A DNA stretch of 64,000 nt from Camelus dromedarius (GCF_036321535.1 NC_087436.1:105526001-105590000); one strand, 5' to 3'. Shown: positions 1 through 12,610, counted from the stretch's first letter. The notes: generated from the letters alone by a model not told the origin. Made by a program: numbers and translations.

Positions 1-244
1 ATTTGGTGTGTGGTGAGAGCCCTCTTCCTGGCTTGCAGGTGGCCACCTCTCCTTCTGTCCTCAGATGGTAGAGAACAGAAACAAAAATCCCATGTCTCCT
101 CTTTTTATAAGGGCACTAAACACATCATGAGGATTTCTAAAGACCTAACCACCTCCCAAAGGCCCGACCTCCAAATACCATCACAATAAGGATTAGGTCT
201 CAACATATGAACCTTGAAGGACCACAAACGTTCAGTCTGTAGCA
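1..244 (-). mobile_element. MLT1A-type MaLR LTR (partial, cut by window start)
   Basis: Reverse complement reads TGCTACAGACTGAACGTTTGTGGTCC...CATATGTTGAGACCTAATCC...GTGATGGTATTTGGAGG, matching the MLT1A/A0 5' end as recalled. Confidence 0.75.
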
Positions 245-305
245 GCTGGAGTCTGGTTCTGGAGAGCAAGTCAAACAGTCAGCACATAAGATGAATTCAT
301 TGGTT

Positions 306-344
306 AAAAACAAAACAAACAAACAAACAAACAAACAAACAAAA
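306..344. repeat. (AAAC)n microsatellite
   Basis: Direct reading: aaaaacaaaacaaacaaacaaacaaacaaacaaacaaaa. Confidence 0.95.
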
Positions 345-1892
345 CCCTCCTACTACTAAAAAGATGAAACAAAGCAAAACCTTGAAAACCATTATGCTGA
401 TCCATTTCCCTTGTTTCACAAATGAGGGAATTGGGGTAGAAGATCGAGATCCACATTGCAAACCTAGAACCCTAGCCACCTGACTGCTAACTCCTAACTT
501 GTCCTCAAGGATATCCTTCTAGCTTTTTCTTAGGGACGTACTTCAGAGTCACATGCTTCTCTAAGCATTGGTGTTTGCAGTCACTTGCTGATTTCTCGTG
601 ATAGGTCTCTTAAATCACTCACTGTAACCCACAGCCTGGCCACTCTGATGCCTCTGAATTTACAGTTCCAGTTAAAGTCACATCCATGAAGGGGGAGGGA
701 ATGGACAGCTCTCCGACCCCTTCCAGCCCCCAAATTGATTTGGCACTCGAAGTCACTGTTATATTTTATACTGAGTCTTCTGAATCAGTTCATTGAATTT
801 TAGCTGTAGCTATATAAAATCCTCTCCAGTGAAATTATTTGGCCATATTGCAGATGGTCCTGCCATGATCTATCAATGCCACTAACTATCAGCAATAAAG
901 AAAAAAAAGATCAGCTTTCTTCTCTTTCCATTGTAATGAATTTTCTAAACTCAGATTGAACCTTGGAAGGCAGTTTACTGGCTTTTTAATTTTTTAAATG
1001 TAGCATTTTGTATTTTTATATGAAACACGCAAGACAGGTGGTGGCAAATTTTGAAGATTTCCTATGCTGTAGGAAGGTTGCCAAGGAGATTCAGGAAAGC
1101 TTGGCTTAGATTTCTTGGGAGGAACGGATGGGCATGGGGAGGGCTCACTGCAGTCCAGGGTGACTTGAACACCTGTGATTTAGTGCAAGGTAGGAGGGAG
1201 GTACTTGATCAGCAAAGAGCAGGCACAGAAACCCAGCTAAGATTGCTTTAATGTATTAGTGTGTTGATAAAGGAGGGAAGCTGGCATAATGTATCCAATG
1301 GTTCCAAAACTATATGTTATTGTCCTGAACAGGAACCTAAATTCCAGGTCAGAGAAGAAGCTATTGAAGACGACTTTAGAATGTATTTCAGAGCAGCTTA
1401 GGTGGAGGAAGCAGATGGCATCATGAAGAGGAGATGATTCACAGTTCAGGGAGGAAAAGCTGTGAGTACATACGAATACATAGACACCCCAAATAATTGT
1501 GTATCAAAATTAAGTCTTAAACTCTAGGAGTGTATCTGGAGTTAACATAGATGAAAGTTTTAAGACAAATCTTAAGGCTGATAATGAAGCTGGAGTTAAT
1601 ATTAACTTACCCAAAAACGTGACAGAGAGGAAACTCCCACCCTTTACTAGGATAAAGTGGCCACAAGCTCTTTGCAGACAGCCATCTAATATATATGTTC
1701 CACCCTCAGGGGAAAGCCCTTAAGTTAACTGAGATTTTACCCGCTCACTATCTATATAATGGAATATACAAATGGCATTTTGACCAATGGAAAATCCAGT
1801 AAAAAGACTTTTAAAAAACTTTAGAAATGTTGCATTACTTTTGTAATTACAGGGAAAAATCCAAACTCTTTTAACTGAACAAATGTTATGTT

Positions 1893-2175
1893 CTAGAAGA
1901 TAAATGTATGGTTACTAGGGAGGAAAGGGAGTGGAGGGGGATAAATTGGGAGTTTGGGATTTGCAGATACTAACTACTACATATAAAATAGATAAACAAC
2001 AAGATGCTACTGTATAGCACAGGGAACTATATTCAATACCTTGTAATAGCCTTTAATGAAAAAGAATGTGAAAAGGAATATACATACATATATACATATA
2101 TATTTGTATAACTGAATCACTATGCTGTACACAAGAAATTAATGCAACATTGTAAATCAACTATACTTCAATAAG
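1893..2175 (+). mobile_element. 5'-truncated L1 (3'UTR end, cetartiodactyl/camelid type)
   Basis: Typical L1 tail gggataaattgggagtttgggatttgcagatac...ctgtatagcacagggaactatattcaata...tgtaaatcaactatacttcaataa. Flanked by a probable TSD, aaatgttatgtt (1881-1892) / aaaagttatgtt (2176-2187). Confidence 0.85.
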
Positions 2176-2290
2176 AAAAGTTATGTTTGAATGATAGGGA
2201 ATTTGAGGTAAAAAATTAAGTCCTTATTCCTCCTCAACCCAGCTAAGTGTAGAGCACTTCAAGGACACATATGGAAACAACAGATACTCT

Positions 2291-2720
2291 GTATTAGTTT
2301 ATATTATTTGGATGCAAGCAACAGAAACTGACTTGATAATTTAACTGAAAAGAGTTTACTAGAAGAATATGGGGACCCACAGAATCTCCAGGAGGCTGGA
2401 GAACTGGCTTAAAATGGGCAGGATTCATCTGGAGAGCTACACAACCAAATCACAGTACCACCTCGTACAGGTGTCTGGTCCCTGCACTGGGAAGAGTAAG
2501 TGTTGTATGTTTGTGCCTGTATCTCTTGTTTACAATCCAAAGTCCAAGAAAAGAGTGTGATTGGCCAAGCATAGTCCATGTGCCCAGCTCTGACTGTATG
2601 AGGTCAGGGACAAAAAAGGACTCAGCTTCAGAGTAAAAACTCCTGGAATGACCATTTCAGTGGGCAATTCCCCCAAAAGCAATACAAGATGATTTGGGGC
2701 AACCCCACCTGTCTGCTACA
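2291..2720 (-). mobile_element. Old MLT1 (K/L-like) LTR, degraded
   Basis: Begins tgtattagtt...ggatgcaagcaacagaaactgactt, the usual reverse-strand end of old MLT1 LTRs; internal gattggccaagcatagtccatgtgcc motif. Boundaries approximate. Confidence 0.5.
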
Positions 2721-2840
2721 GAATCCAAAAGAAAACAAAAAGAGTTAGAATGTCCCTTTTCTCAAAAAGATTTTATCACCCAAATGCTTCTACATTTTCC
2801 TGTGGAAAGGTACTTGGCTTTCTTTCCTTTTTCCCTAGAA

Positions 2841-3460
2841 CAGTAATTCTCAAGTTGTGGTCCCCAGACGAACAAGCGTCAGCACCGCTTGGTGTGTCCG
2901 TTTCCTAGGGCTGCTGTAACAAATTACCACAAGCTGAGGAGGCTTGAAAAACAGAAATTTATTCTCTCATGGTTCTGCAAGCTAGAGTCTGAAGTCAAGT
3001 TCTTGGCAGAACCAGGCCCCTGCTGAAGGCTCTACAGAAGAATCCTTCCTCGTCTCTTCCTGGTTTCTGGTGGTTGCCAGCAATCAGTGTTCCTTGGCGT
3101 GTAGATGTATCACTCTAATCTCCACCTCCATCGTCACAGGGCTTCCTCCCTATGTGTCTCCGTGTCCCTTCTCTTCTTATAGGGACACCAGTCATTTTTA
3201 GGACCCACCCTAATCCAGTATAACTAGTTACATCATAACTAATTACATTTGCAAAGATCCTACTTCCAAATAAGGTCAGTTTCTGAGGTTCTCGGTGGCT
3301 ATGAATTGGTGGTGGTAGTAGTGGGGTGGTAGGACAGACTGTTCAACTCTGAACACCTAGGAAATGCAAATTATCAGAAACGCAAATTCCTGGGCTTCGC
3401 CCTAGAATGACTGAGTCATAAATTTTGGGAGTGGAGCCCAGCAATCTGTCCTCCAGGGAA
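2841..3460. mobile_element. MER5A-like hAT-Charlie MITE split by an MLT1 LTR
   Basis: Left part cagtaattctcaagttgtggtccccagac...agcgtcagcacc (2841-2892). Right part gaaatgcaaatt...ctgagtcataaattttgggagtggagcccagcaatctgt (3357-3460). Confidence 0.65.
2893..3356 (-). mobile_element. MLT1C/D-type MaLR LTR
   Basis: tttcctagggctgctgtaacaaattaccacaagctg...aacagaaatttattctctca...acatttgcaaagatcctacttccaaataaggtca, diagnostic of reverse-oriented MLT1B-D. Confidence 0.8.
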
Positions 3461-4389
3461 TTAGAAGCCCTTTAAAAAATGTGAAGACCATTGTCCTGGA
3501 AGGAGCTGCACCTGCATCTCCCAACTTCAGTCCACACAGAAAACACATGGAGAGTTATCATTTTAAGGAGAAGGGAGGGGTCTGATGGGAGGAAGAATGT
3601 GGTTATGAGGTAACAGGGGAGTAGGAATGCGGAGCTGGACTTTGAAGCAAGAGTGGACCTGCACTTGAACTCCGATGACATTGCCAATAGTTGTAGGCTA
3701 CTGTGTATTTATCCTACCAAAAATAACCGCCATCAAAGTCATCATTATCATCATCCACCCAAATCACATGTGGCAGAAAACAAAAGTCATCACATAAAAG
3801 CTCTCAAAATTTATTAGAGTCAAAGGATGGTCCTTCTACCTTGGCAATAGATTTCCCCTCTTTAAACTATATTTTTAGTCCTTAATATTGTTTGTTTCTT
3901 CCAAAGAAGTAAAGGCTCTTTTTTTAATAGCCAAAAAGAAAAGAAATAATATTCCCTCTTAAGATTTCTGAACTTAAGATTCCTCCTGATTAGGGCTCTC
4001 TGTCGTTTCTCTTCAGTGCCAGTAATTGATGTGCGGTACAGATTCATTCTCAGGGGTTGGCTGAATTGAATTTATTCAATGTGGAGATCTTAGCTATTTC
4101 ACTGTGATTAAACTTTTATGCCACGTATCAATCAATCTATCAGTCAGAAAGAAATTTGAAGCATATTCTCTGTGCTCCAACACTGTGTTAAGTGTTTTTG
4201 GAGAGGAATAAGAAGGCATATACAGAAATAGAAAATACGCTCCTACGCACCCTCCCGTCTGCCCCTCCACACACACCTATAATCCTTAAGGAGGCAGCGT
4301 AGTATTTAGGAAAGGGTGTGAATTTGGTGTCTGAACACTTGGATGTAGTGCTAACCTCTGTCTTCCTGCGGCAGGGACATTTACTGCTT

Positions 4390-4758
4390 GCTGCCGAATG
4401 CTATGTGTGTCTCCATATGTCCCGCCCTCTTATAGTTAAGCAGAGTCATGTGACTAATTCTGGCCAATCAGTGTGAGCAGAAGTGACATGCATCATTTCC
4501 AGGATAGAGCATTTAAGAGCCAGTGTGTGACCCTCCAGCTTTTTTCCTCCTCTTCTACAGCAAGCTTTGAAGCCATATATGGAGACAGTGTAACCAGTAC
4601 AATCTCTATCAGCCTGAATCTCTGAGTGACCTAGTGGAAGAGAGCCTCCTGCTTACTTACAAAGACTGAACAAGAAATAAGCCATTGTTGGTTAAATTAC
4701 TGAGATATGGGTTTTTGATATGCTACTGCAGCATGGCTGAGTCTACCCTGACTAATAG
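4390..4758 (+). mobile_element. MLT1J-like LTR
   Basis: gtcatgtgactaattctggccaat...agcagaagtgacatgcatcatttccagg and 3' end actgcagcatggctgagtctaccctgactaata. Confidence 0.65.
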
Positions 4759-6102
4759 AGCCACTGATCTAAATTTAATCAATAGGTTACTCTCCCAGAA
4801 CTTTGAGTCTTGAGTGAGTGCATTTATACATGAATTATGCTTGGAGAACATTCATGATGTGTTCATCAGACTATTCCTGCTACAAAACTGATACCACAGC
4901 ACCCCTGTCCGTTGATCCAGGGTTCCATTTACTCCAGCCCATCTCTCAGCCAGGCTTTCTAGATTTTTGTCAGTTCTGTGGGTCTTTTGATATCCCTCCA
5001 ATAAATTCACCTTTGCTTCATTTAGCAAAGGTCTGTTTCTTTTGGCCTTGGAAAGGCTCTTCTCCTTGGGTTTGGAACCACTGATAATGAGACTTAAAAG
5101 AAGCCCACCTGTGCCCTTGCTGAGATTGTGAGTAGTGTTGACCACCACCAAAAGTTACCACAGAGCCCAAGCCCAAGAAGGAATCTGTAATTAGAACTAA
5201 TTATCCTTCACCCCTAGGAGACCATCAGGACCCACCTTGTCACCTCAGACACCACAAAAGAGTGCCAGCCTCCCAGGCCGTTCCTCACTGATCTAATTCC
5301 TGCACAGCTCTGGTTAGTTCTTGATGTGACTTAAGCAGCCAGCCCTTCCCACCCTCCAGGTTCTTTTAGTGTGCCTCTAAAACTCCTGCTTGATCAGCAG
5401 CAAAATCCCACTATGTTCAGCCTCTTTTCTTATTAAACCTACCACTCCCTGAGAATGCGGTTCCCCTAAATCGCTCTGCAGTCATCACTGGCTTTCTCCT
5501 GGAGCCATGGGGTGTCCCCTCACTTCTCCCTCCAGACCATGACTTCCCATCCTGCCTCTGCCTCCCTCTCCTGCAGAACTGTCAGCTCACTGGAAGCCCA
5601 TACACCTACTACTTTCCCACTGTGTTTATCCACCAGGCTCCTGATATGGAGACATCCCTCCTCATGCAGTGAAGGGCTGAATGAGCTTGGCTCATTGCAT
5701 TTTCTCTCCACCACTACCTGTCATCCTTCTCAGAGGATGTTGCATAGTTATGTAGGTAAGTTATGTGTTACGTACTCACGTAGACAGCTCATCCAACAAT
5801 CTAGCCTCCCTCTTCCTATCTTCCAATTGTCCTTTTTCTCATCCCATCTCAGCTACCCATTCCCAGAATCATGCTGCAGATCTTGTCAAGATCTCCACCC
5901 CTCCAAAATCTCTCCTTCAAGAGGCAGCCCACTCTCAATGACCTCCTCTCATCTTTCCAACTCATTCCCTCTACTACCCTAACTTCAACCAACACTTTCA
6001 TTTCCACTGGCCCTACAAACTCTTCACTGCCTATCACTTGCCCTGCATCTCTACTTCCCTCCCGAGCATCCCTACTGCCCCTCTCCTGTGCAGATCCTCT
6101 AG

Positions 6103-6340
6103 AGGAGCACTGCAGGGGTGAGCAGCACAGGCTCAGGGCCAGACTGCCAAGTTCAAATCCTGGCTCCATCACTTACTGGCTGTGTGCCTTTAGACAAGTT
6201 CCTTAATCCTCTTTGCCTCATCTTTAAAATGGGGAGAAATAATAGTATATTTCTCATAAGGTTGTTATAAAGATCCCAGTGGCTTACTGTACAGTGCTTA
6301 GAAGGGTTTCTGGCACATAGAAGCCACTATATAAATGCAT
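6103..6340 (+). mobile_element. MIR SINE
   Basis: MIR core gttcaaatcctggctccatcacttactggctgtgtgcctttagacaagttccttaa...aaaatgggga...ctggcacatag. Confidence 0.85.
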
Positions 6341-7184
6341 GTTAAATACATTTTTTTAAACTTCTCAATCATTTTGGAGAAAAAAATTATCTTACTCCCT
6401 CCCTTTTATTCACCTGGCAAAAAGCAAACACTTGGATAAACCCAATTCTCCATTTACCTCATACATGTACCTTAGTAGGTAAAAATGACTACAGAAAAAT
6501 ACACAACCATATTTTGCTTTAAATTTATGAATCTATGACCACATACTTCGTGAGGGCCCAGAATCCTACCCCATTCTCTAATCAATAAATTCTTCCACTC
6601 TAATTTTAAAGCATTCTCCTCTCTCCATAAATCTCTACCTAACACTTAGCTGATTGTCTTTTTTCTCCTTTCACTGAGAAACCAAAACAGCCACCATCAT
6701 CTCTCACCTGGATGACTGACGAAGGCTCCCAGCTGGTCTCCCTTCTTCCATCTATATGCCTTTCCTCTAATCCATTTCCCACAAAGCAGCCAATGGATTC
6801 CTGATATATACACCATTTCATGTTATTCTTCCATGAGAGCTGTTTATATATTTAGAATAAAATATGAAGACATAACCATGAACTTCAAAGCCCCTGGTAA
6901 TCTGACTGCATCTCTGTCTCCATCAATTGCATACTTAACCTGTTGCTCAGTCTTCTTTTGCTACATTACCAGCATCTTTGGCCTCTTTGACCTTTTTATT
7001 AATCCTCAGACACACTAAGTATATCCCATTTCAAGGCCTTTGTCCTCATGGTTCCCTCTGTCTAGAGACCGCCACTCCACTCTATGGTTCAATCTCTCTC
7101 TTCATTCAGGTCTTTGCTCTAACGTCATTTCCTGAGATCATTCTATCTAACACAGGCTGCTCCCCACACTCCAGTCAATTTCAG

Positions 7185-7689
7185 TACTAGGCAGTTTCCA
7201 AGGATGGCTGCCGTTGATTCTGCCCATCGGACGGTGGAGTCTATTTCCCCACCCTTGAGTCTGGGCTGGTCTTGTGACCTGCTTTGACCAATAGAACATG
7301 GAAGAGGTGGCTGAGTGCCCATTCCAGGACAAGCCTTTAAGAGGCCTGGAAGCGTCTACTTTTGTTTTCTCTGGGGAGGCCAGCTGCCGTGCTGTAAAGA
7401 AGATCAAACTGGACTACAGAATGATGGGATAACTGTGTAGAGAGAGCACACATGGAAGAGCAGTGAGGCAACAAACACAGGCATACATCCTTGGACCTTT
7501 CAGCCTAGTCCACTGCCACCTGAATGTGACCAAGTGATTGACCCCAGCTGATGCTACATGGAGCAGGAAACCAGCCACCTGAGCCCTTCCCGCATTTCTA
7601 ACCCACAGAATCATAGAAAATAAAAAGTCATTGTTTAAGGCAACTAAATGTTGGTATAGTTGGTTATAAGCTAATAGATAACTGAAATA
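7185..7689 (+). mobile_element. MLT1G/H-like LTR
   Basis: ggtggagtctatttccccacccttgagtctgggctggtcttgtgacctgctttgaccaatagaa...cccacagaatcat...aatagataactgaaata. Confidence 0.75.
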
Positions 7690-7707
7690 CTTTCTAATTC
7701 CTCACTC

Positions 7708-8100
7708 TGCTATAGATTGAATGTGTGTGTCCTCTCAAAATCCATATGTTGAAACCTATTCCCCTGTGTGATGGTATTGGGAGGTAGGGCATCTGGAAGG
7801 TGATTAGGTCATGAGGGCAGAGCTCCCACGAATGGGATTGGAACCCATTTAAAGAGACCCCAGAGAGCTCTCTTGTTCCCTTTCCACCATGTAGGGACAC
7901 AGGGGAGAGGTGGCCATCTGTAAGCTAGGAAGTGGGCTCTCACCAGGCACCAAATCTGCCATCACTTTGATCCTAGACTCCCCAGCCTCCAAACTGTGAG
8001 AATTCAATTGTGTTGTTTATAAGCCACCCAGTCTCCAGAATTTTTTTTTATACCAGATTTTTATGATATTTTATTACAGGAGCCTAAACAGACTAAGATA
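7708..8100 (+). mobile_element. MLT1A0-type LTR (near full length)
   Basis: Starts tgctatagattgaatgtgtgtgtcctctcaaaatccatatgttgaaacc; ends gcctaaacagactaagata. Confidence 0.85.
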
Positions 8101-8362
8101 CTGTTTATTTTCGTCATTGCAATTATTTCAGTAAGAAATTACACAATTATTACTTTATTTGTCTTCTGTTTATGATCTGACTCTCCCTCCAGCATATAAA
8201 TTCTATGAGGAAAAGGACTTTGCTTTGTTCACCACAGCACTCCCAGTGCTTGGAACAATCCCTGGCCCATTTCAAGACTCAGCAAGTATGTACCAAATAA
8301 ATGAATATACCCGAAACCTGACTACACTGTAAACCCTGACGGTGGGGTTTTTAAAACATTTT

Positions 8363-8891
8363 TGTAATGCAAGTGCCTGACTTAAGCTCTGATTGCCAAG
8401 GCATCCACTTCAAAGAGGCAGGCACTTCACAGATGGTGACCTCCAATAACACACCGCCAGCGACAAGCCTAGATAAAGAGCCAGGCTGCCCTGCCCCCTC
8501 ACCGAGTCTCCTTTGTCTTAGGGAGCTTGGTTGGTTTCCTTAACTGACCATTTGGGCCACTTGCTCTCCCCCTTTCCACGCTTTAAATTCTCATTCTTAC
8601 GTTTCAGATTCACCAATATACAGTGAGCATTCAAAACGCTAGGCCAGCGCACTTGACCCCCGTATAAAGGCAGAACCTGAGACTAGCGCTCTCTGTCTGT
8701 CTTTACCCCTGACCTTGCTGTGCAGCCCCAGGTGTGCTGTGTAATTTCTAGATCCTGTAAGTAATAAATCTCTATTTTTCCGAAGTTTCCTGGTAGTTAT
8801 TGTTGAAGAATGTCTTGTAATTATAATAAAACCGCAAGGGCTGGTCAAAACACAACATTGGTTATAAATAGGTTGAGATGGACACAAAACG
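8363..8891 (+). mobile_element. ERVL-class solo LTR (MER74/MER73-like)
   Basis: TG start, CCAAT 8613, TATAAA 8663, AATAAA 8763. The 3' part ccccaggtgtgctgtgtaatttc...gtaagtaataaa...cattggttataaataggttgagatggacacaaaac resembles the MER74 group as recalled. Confidence 0.6.
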
Positions 8892-10304
8892 CTGATACGT
8901 CAGCCTTACTTTCCTACAAAAATCACATCCATCTTCATGGAGACATTTTCCTTTAAATCCCAACATCCAATTCCAATTGCCTTTTAAACCAGGCATCCCT
9001 AACATGTTATTAATAAAACATCAGGAATTTTTTTTTCAGTCCAGAAAATACTTTGGGTCATGGTCTACGGTGCATTTTAAGATGGCTTGGGCCTTATTAC
9101 CATTCACTGGATAGTGCAGAACAATCCTGTGGGTAGACTAATGACAAAGTACCACTTAGTCCCCTATCTTTTCAGCATAGACTTCTTGTGCTGCCCAGCC
9201 CCTCCCATTTAAATACATACAAGTCCCCAGTTTCAGGATAAAACAACCAAGCAGGGGCTGATGATAGTTCCTTATTAATTCCTAGATCCCACCAATTTTT
9301 CCATCAGGGCAACACAAGAATAGCCCCTCTTTGTTAGTCATCTAAGATCTTTTTTCTAGTGAATTTGCTCCCTGACTCGCTGGCCCTCACCATGCATAAG
9401 ACATCAGACACAGCCACATTGGGGAATGCCTTCCTCTGAAATAGGTTTTAACTGAGATTTCTTTCATGCCTGGTTGGAACACAGAGTCGTAATTAGAACG
9501 AGGCTCTTCTCCAAGATCATTGCTCTGATGCTTCTAAATTGGTTTGCACAATCCTATTTCTTTCTAAATGAACAAGATCTCTGGCTTTCTGATGGTAGAC
9601 ATGTGAGATTGACCAAGGGTCCCTGTCACTTCCCTCTGACGAACATTTTCCCTGGGGTTTTCAGGTCCTCTGCCCTATACGTCTCATTTGGGGAGCCGCA
9701 TCGCTTGGCTGTAATTTAATTTTTCTAAATTTAGTTTGTAGAAGACTCACGGCTGGGAGAAGGGGATTAGGGTTTACCAGAAATCCACATTTAAGCAAAG
9801 GAAAGTCCTCTCTGGGGATCTGGATTTATTTACGGAGTTTGGGGACTCAAATGAAGGACCAAATAGGCTGAAGGGCCGCACTTTCCTGCTGCAATTTAAC
9901 AGTCTCTTAAGCACAAAATCAAACACAATATAAATAAAGGGGCTTGAGTGTTGCCTGAGTGTCTTCCTTTAACTTCTGCTGCCTTCTGTCTTGCTGTCCC
10001 CTAGATGTCCCCAAAGACCCCCTTCTATCTTCTTGAGGACCTGTAGCTTTTTAAGGAGAAACAATTGCATGTCCTAAAATGCTTCCTGATATCTGAGATG
10101 CAATCCAGTGATGCAGAAAGTAGAACTACTAAAAGAGCAGACCTGCTGGCGACCTCGATCAGAAAAGGTACTAGCTGTGTGCAGTATGCCCCGAAGACCT
10201 TTTATGTGCCTGAACCTATACTTGGCATCATGGGAAATAAAGAGATGAATCAGGTTTGTATCTTACTTCCTGCTACAAAGACGTTTAAAAGACAAGTCAT
10301 AAGA

Positions 10305-10505
10305 TGGTAGAGTAGTTCAGAGCATGTGCTGTGGAAGTATGCTGGCTGGGCTGGACTCCTGTTATAACACTCAGCCTTTCTGTGCCTCAATTTCCTCATC
10401 TGTAGGTCAGAGACAATAAGAGCAGCTACCTCATAGGCTTATTATTAGGATTTAAATGAGTTAAGAAATGTCGACAGGAGAGTGTCTGACATGTAGTAAG
10501 TGATT
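10305..10505 (+). mobile_element. MIR SINE
   Basis: ctgtgcctcaatttcctcatctgta...ctacctcataggcttattattaggatttaaatgagttaa. Confidence 0.8.
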
Positions 10506-10749
10506 TCTATTTTATATAAATATAGGTATGGATATATATTTGTGTGTGTGTGCACGCATGTGTGTGTGTGTGTATATATATATGTATCTCCATTCAACCT
10601 CCATACAATATGTATTACAAGGAAGGGGCATATGTAGCGCTATTCAGAATTCAGAGGCAGGAGACACTGGTTGCAGATGGAGGGAACCTGGGAGGCTCCC
10701 TGGAAGAACGGCAAAGACACTGATACTCACAAAATATGACATTTGCTTT

Positions 10750-11082
10750 GTCTACTTCCCTGTTTTTTTGTCAGAGTCACATGACATGTTCTGGCCAATA
10801 GGACGTGTGTGAAAGTGCAGGGCTCGTTTGGTCTCTCCTCTCCTGCTGCAGCGGAAGAGAAGCCCACGCATCCCAGAAGCTGCAGCTACAAATGGGAGAA
10901 AGGCTGTCAGCCTGGGTACCTGAGGGGTGGTGTGGAGTAGGGGTACCGCCTCCAACGCAAGCGTTCACGTGCAACCCCACAATGGGTCAGGAGCACGCGC
11001 GAGATGTAACCCTCTTATATGCTAAGCCATTGGGACTCCAGGTTGATTTGTCACTGTAGTGCAGTCTCATTTGCCTTGACTA
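10750..11082 (+). mobile_element. MLT1J-like LTR
   Basis: gtcacatgacatgttctggccaatagg...gctaagccattgggactccaggttgatttgtcactgtag...ccttgacta. Confidence 0.55.
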
Positions 11083-12079
11083 GGGTTTTACATACACATA
11101 CATATATACCTCCTTATGTAACACATACAGATATTTATTAACCTTATACATATGATGGTGCTGAGCCCAAGAAAAAGAACGGAAGCAGGGCAAAGTACAG
11201 CATATTGGACAGATACTTGTTTGACTGGAAAGAAAAGCTAGGGTCAGATCATGGAAGGCCTAAAATTCCAGACTAAAGAGTTTAGACTTTAAGCCATAAA
11301 GCAACAGGGAACAATGAAGTATGTTTCCTGGGGTAACTACATTGGCCCTAAGAAGCCAGTGCCTGACCACGTGAGCACTGTGGAGCCCACAGATGACATA
11401 CTGTGGACCACCCCGACCCCGAACAGAAGGGTGAGAAGCCAGAGTTACGGGCCATGGCCAGCCAGCACCCACAGCATAACAGCGTCTTCTCGACAGTTGG
11501 ATCTGGAGTCTGGATGTTGCTCTAGAAAAATCTTTTATAAAATCTTTTTAAAAGACAAAAAAAGAAAAAGCAGCAGCCCTATCAGCGAGAGCTCTTTGGA
11601 GAGTAAGAGGCTTTCATGAAGTCCAACAGCTGCGGGTAGGACCCGCTTGAGCCAGAGGGTCCTCCCGTTCCCAAACCTGTCAGAACTCTAGAAGTTTGTT
11701 CTGTAAATCAATGCCAAGAAGAATTGCGTTTATGATCACTAAGACAGAAAATTTTTTATCATAATTCCTAACCCATCTCCATAAACTCTCCCTGCCTGCA
11801 GCTGCAGGGACGTCCTCTGCATTTGCTATCAGACCTGGAACAAAGTCTCAATATGGTAGCTTCTAGGAAGAGCAACCCCAAACTGTCATGCCCCCCTTGC
11901 CCTGGGGGGGGCACTGCCCAATTAGCGTGTATCTGGAAATGGAATGGTCTTTAAATACTTCCACAACAAAACTTAAAACTTGAAAGGAGACATATTTGTG
12001 CCCAAAGTGGGAAACCAAGTTGCTTAAGTACACCAAGAGTCATGATTTTCGCACTTTTTTTTCTGGAAACACTAAAACC

Positions 12080-12425
12080 TGTTATATTGGTTAAGGTAAT
12101 CCTAGTTACTGTAACAAATAAACCCCTAATTGTGTAATGGCTCTAACATGGTAGACATTTATTTCTGACACGAAATCCCAAAATGGTGTTTCTGATTGGT
12201 AAGAGCCTTCTCTCCAGGTGACGATTCAAGAAGCCAGGCTCCTTCTAACCTGTAGCTTTGTCATCTTCCAGTAACGGTTTCCAAGGTCACTGTGTTAATA
12301 TGCATCAAGCTGGCAGAAGGAGAAAGAGAATGGAGGGTCAGGCGTGGAGGTTTGATGGGCCAGGTCTGGAAGTGGTGCACATCCTTTCTGCTCACATTCC
12401 ATAGACAAGAACTTGGTCATAGGGT
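12080..12425 (-). mobile_element. MLT1J/I-like LTR
   Basis: ggttaaggtaatcctagttactgtaacaaataaacccc...ggccaggtctggaagtggtgcacatcctttctgctcacattcca. Confidence 0.6.
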
Positions 12426-12479
12426 CTCTCTCTTAACTAACATGTCTATTTAAAAATGAACTAGTCAATTTCTGGTTTC

Positions 12480-12610
12480 TCATTCTTTCAACAAACATTT
12501 ATGAAGCACCTACTCTGTTCAAAGCACATGCTTTGTGGCTTGGACAAAGGGGATGCAACAGAAAGTGTCCCTCAAGGAGTTAATAATCTAGTAGATGGAG
12601 AAAAACTGTT

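Larger units (their letters stand above)
5380..8307 (+). mobile_element. Long fragmented L2 LINE relic (interrupted by MIR and two MLT1 LTRs)
   Basis: C/T-rich L2-like body, L2 motif ccaccatcatctctcacctggatgactg (~6691), and L2 3' end ttctatgaggaaaaggactttgctttgttcacc...aaataaatgaat (8200-8307). 5' boundary uncertain. Confidence 0.6.

Noticed and set aside
5512..6206. Overlapping 107-156 aa Ser/Leu/Pro-rich ORFs
   Set aside because: Lie in decayed C/T-rich L2-like sequence and a MIR; no recognisable domain or splice structure.
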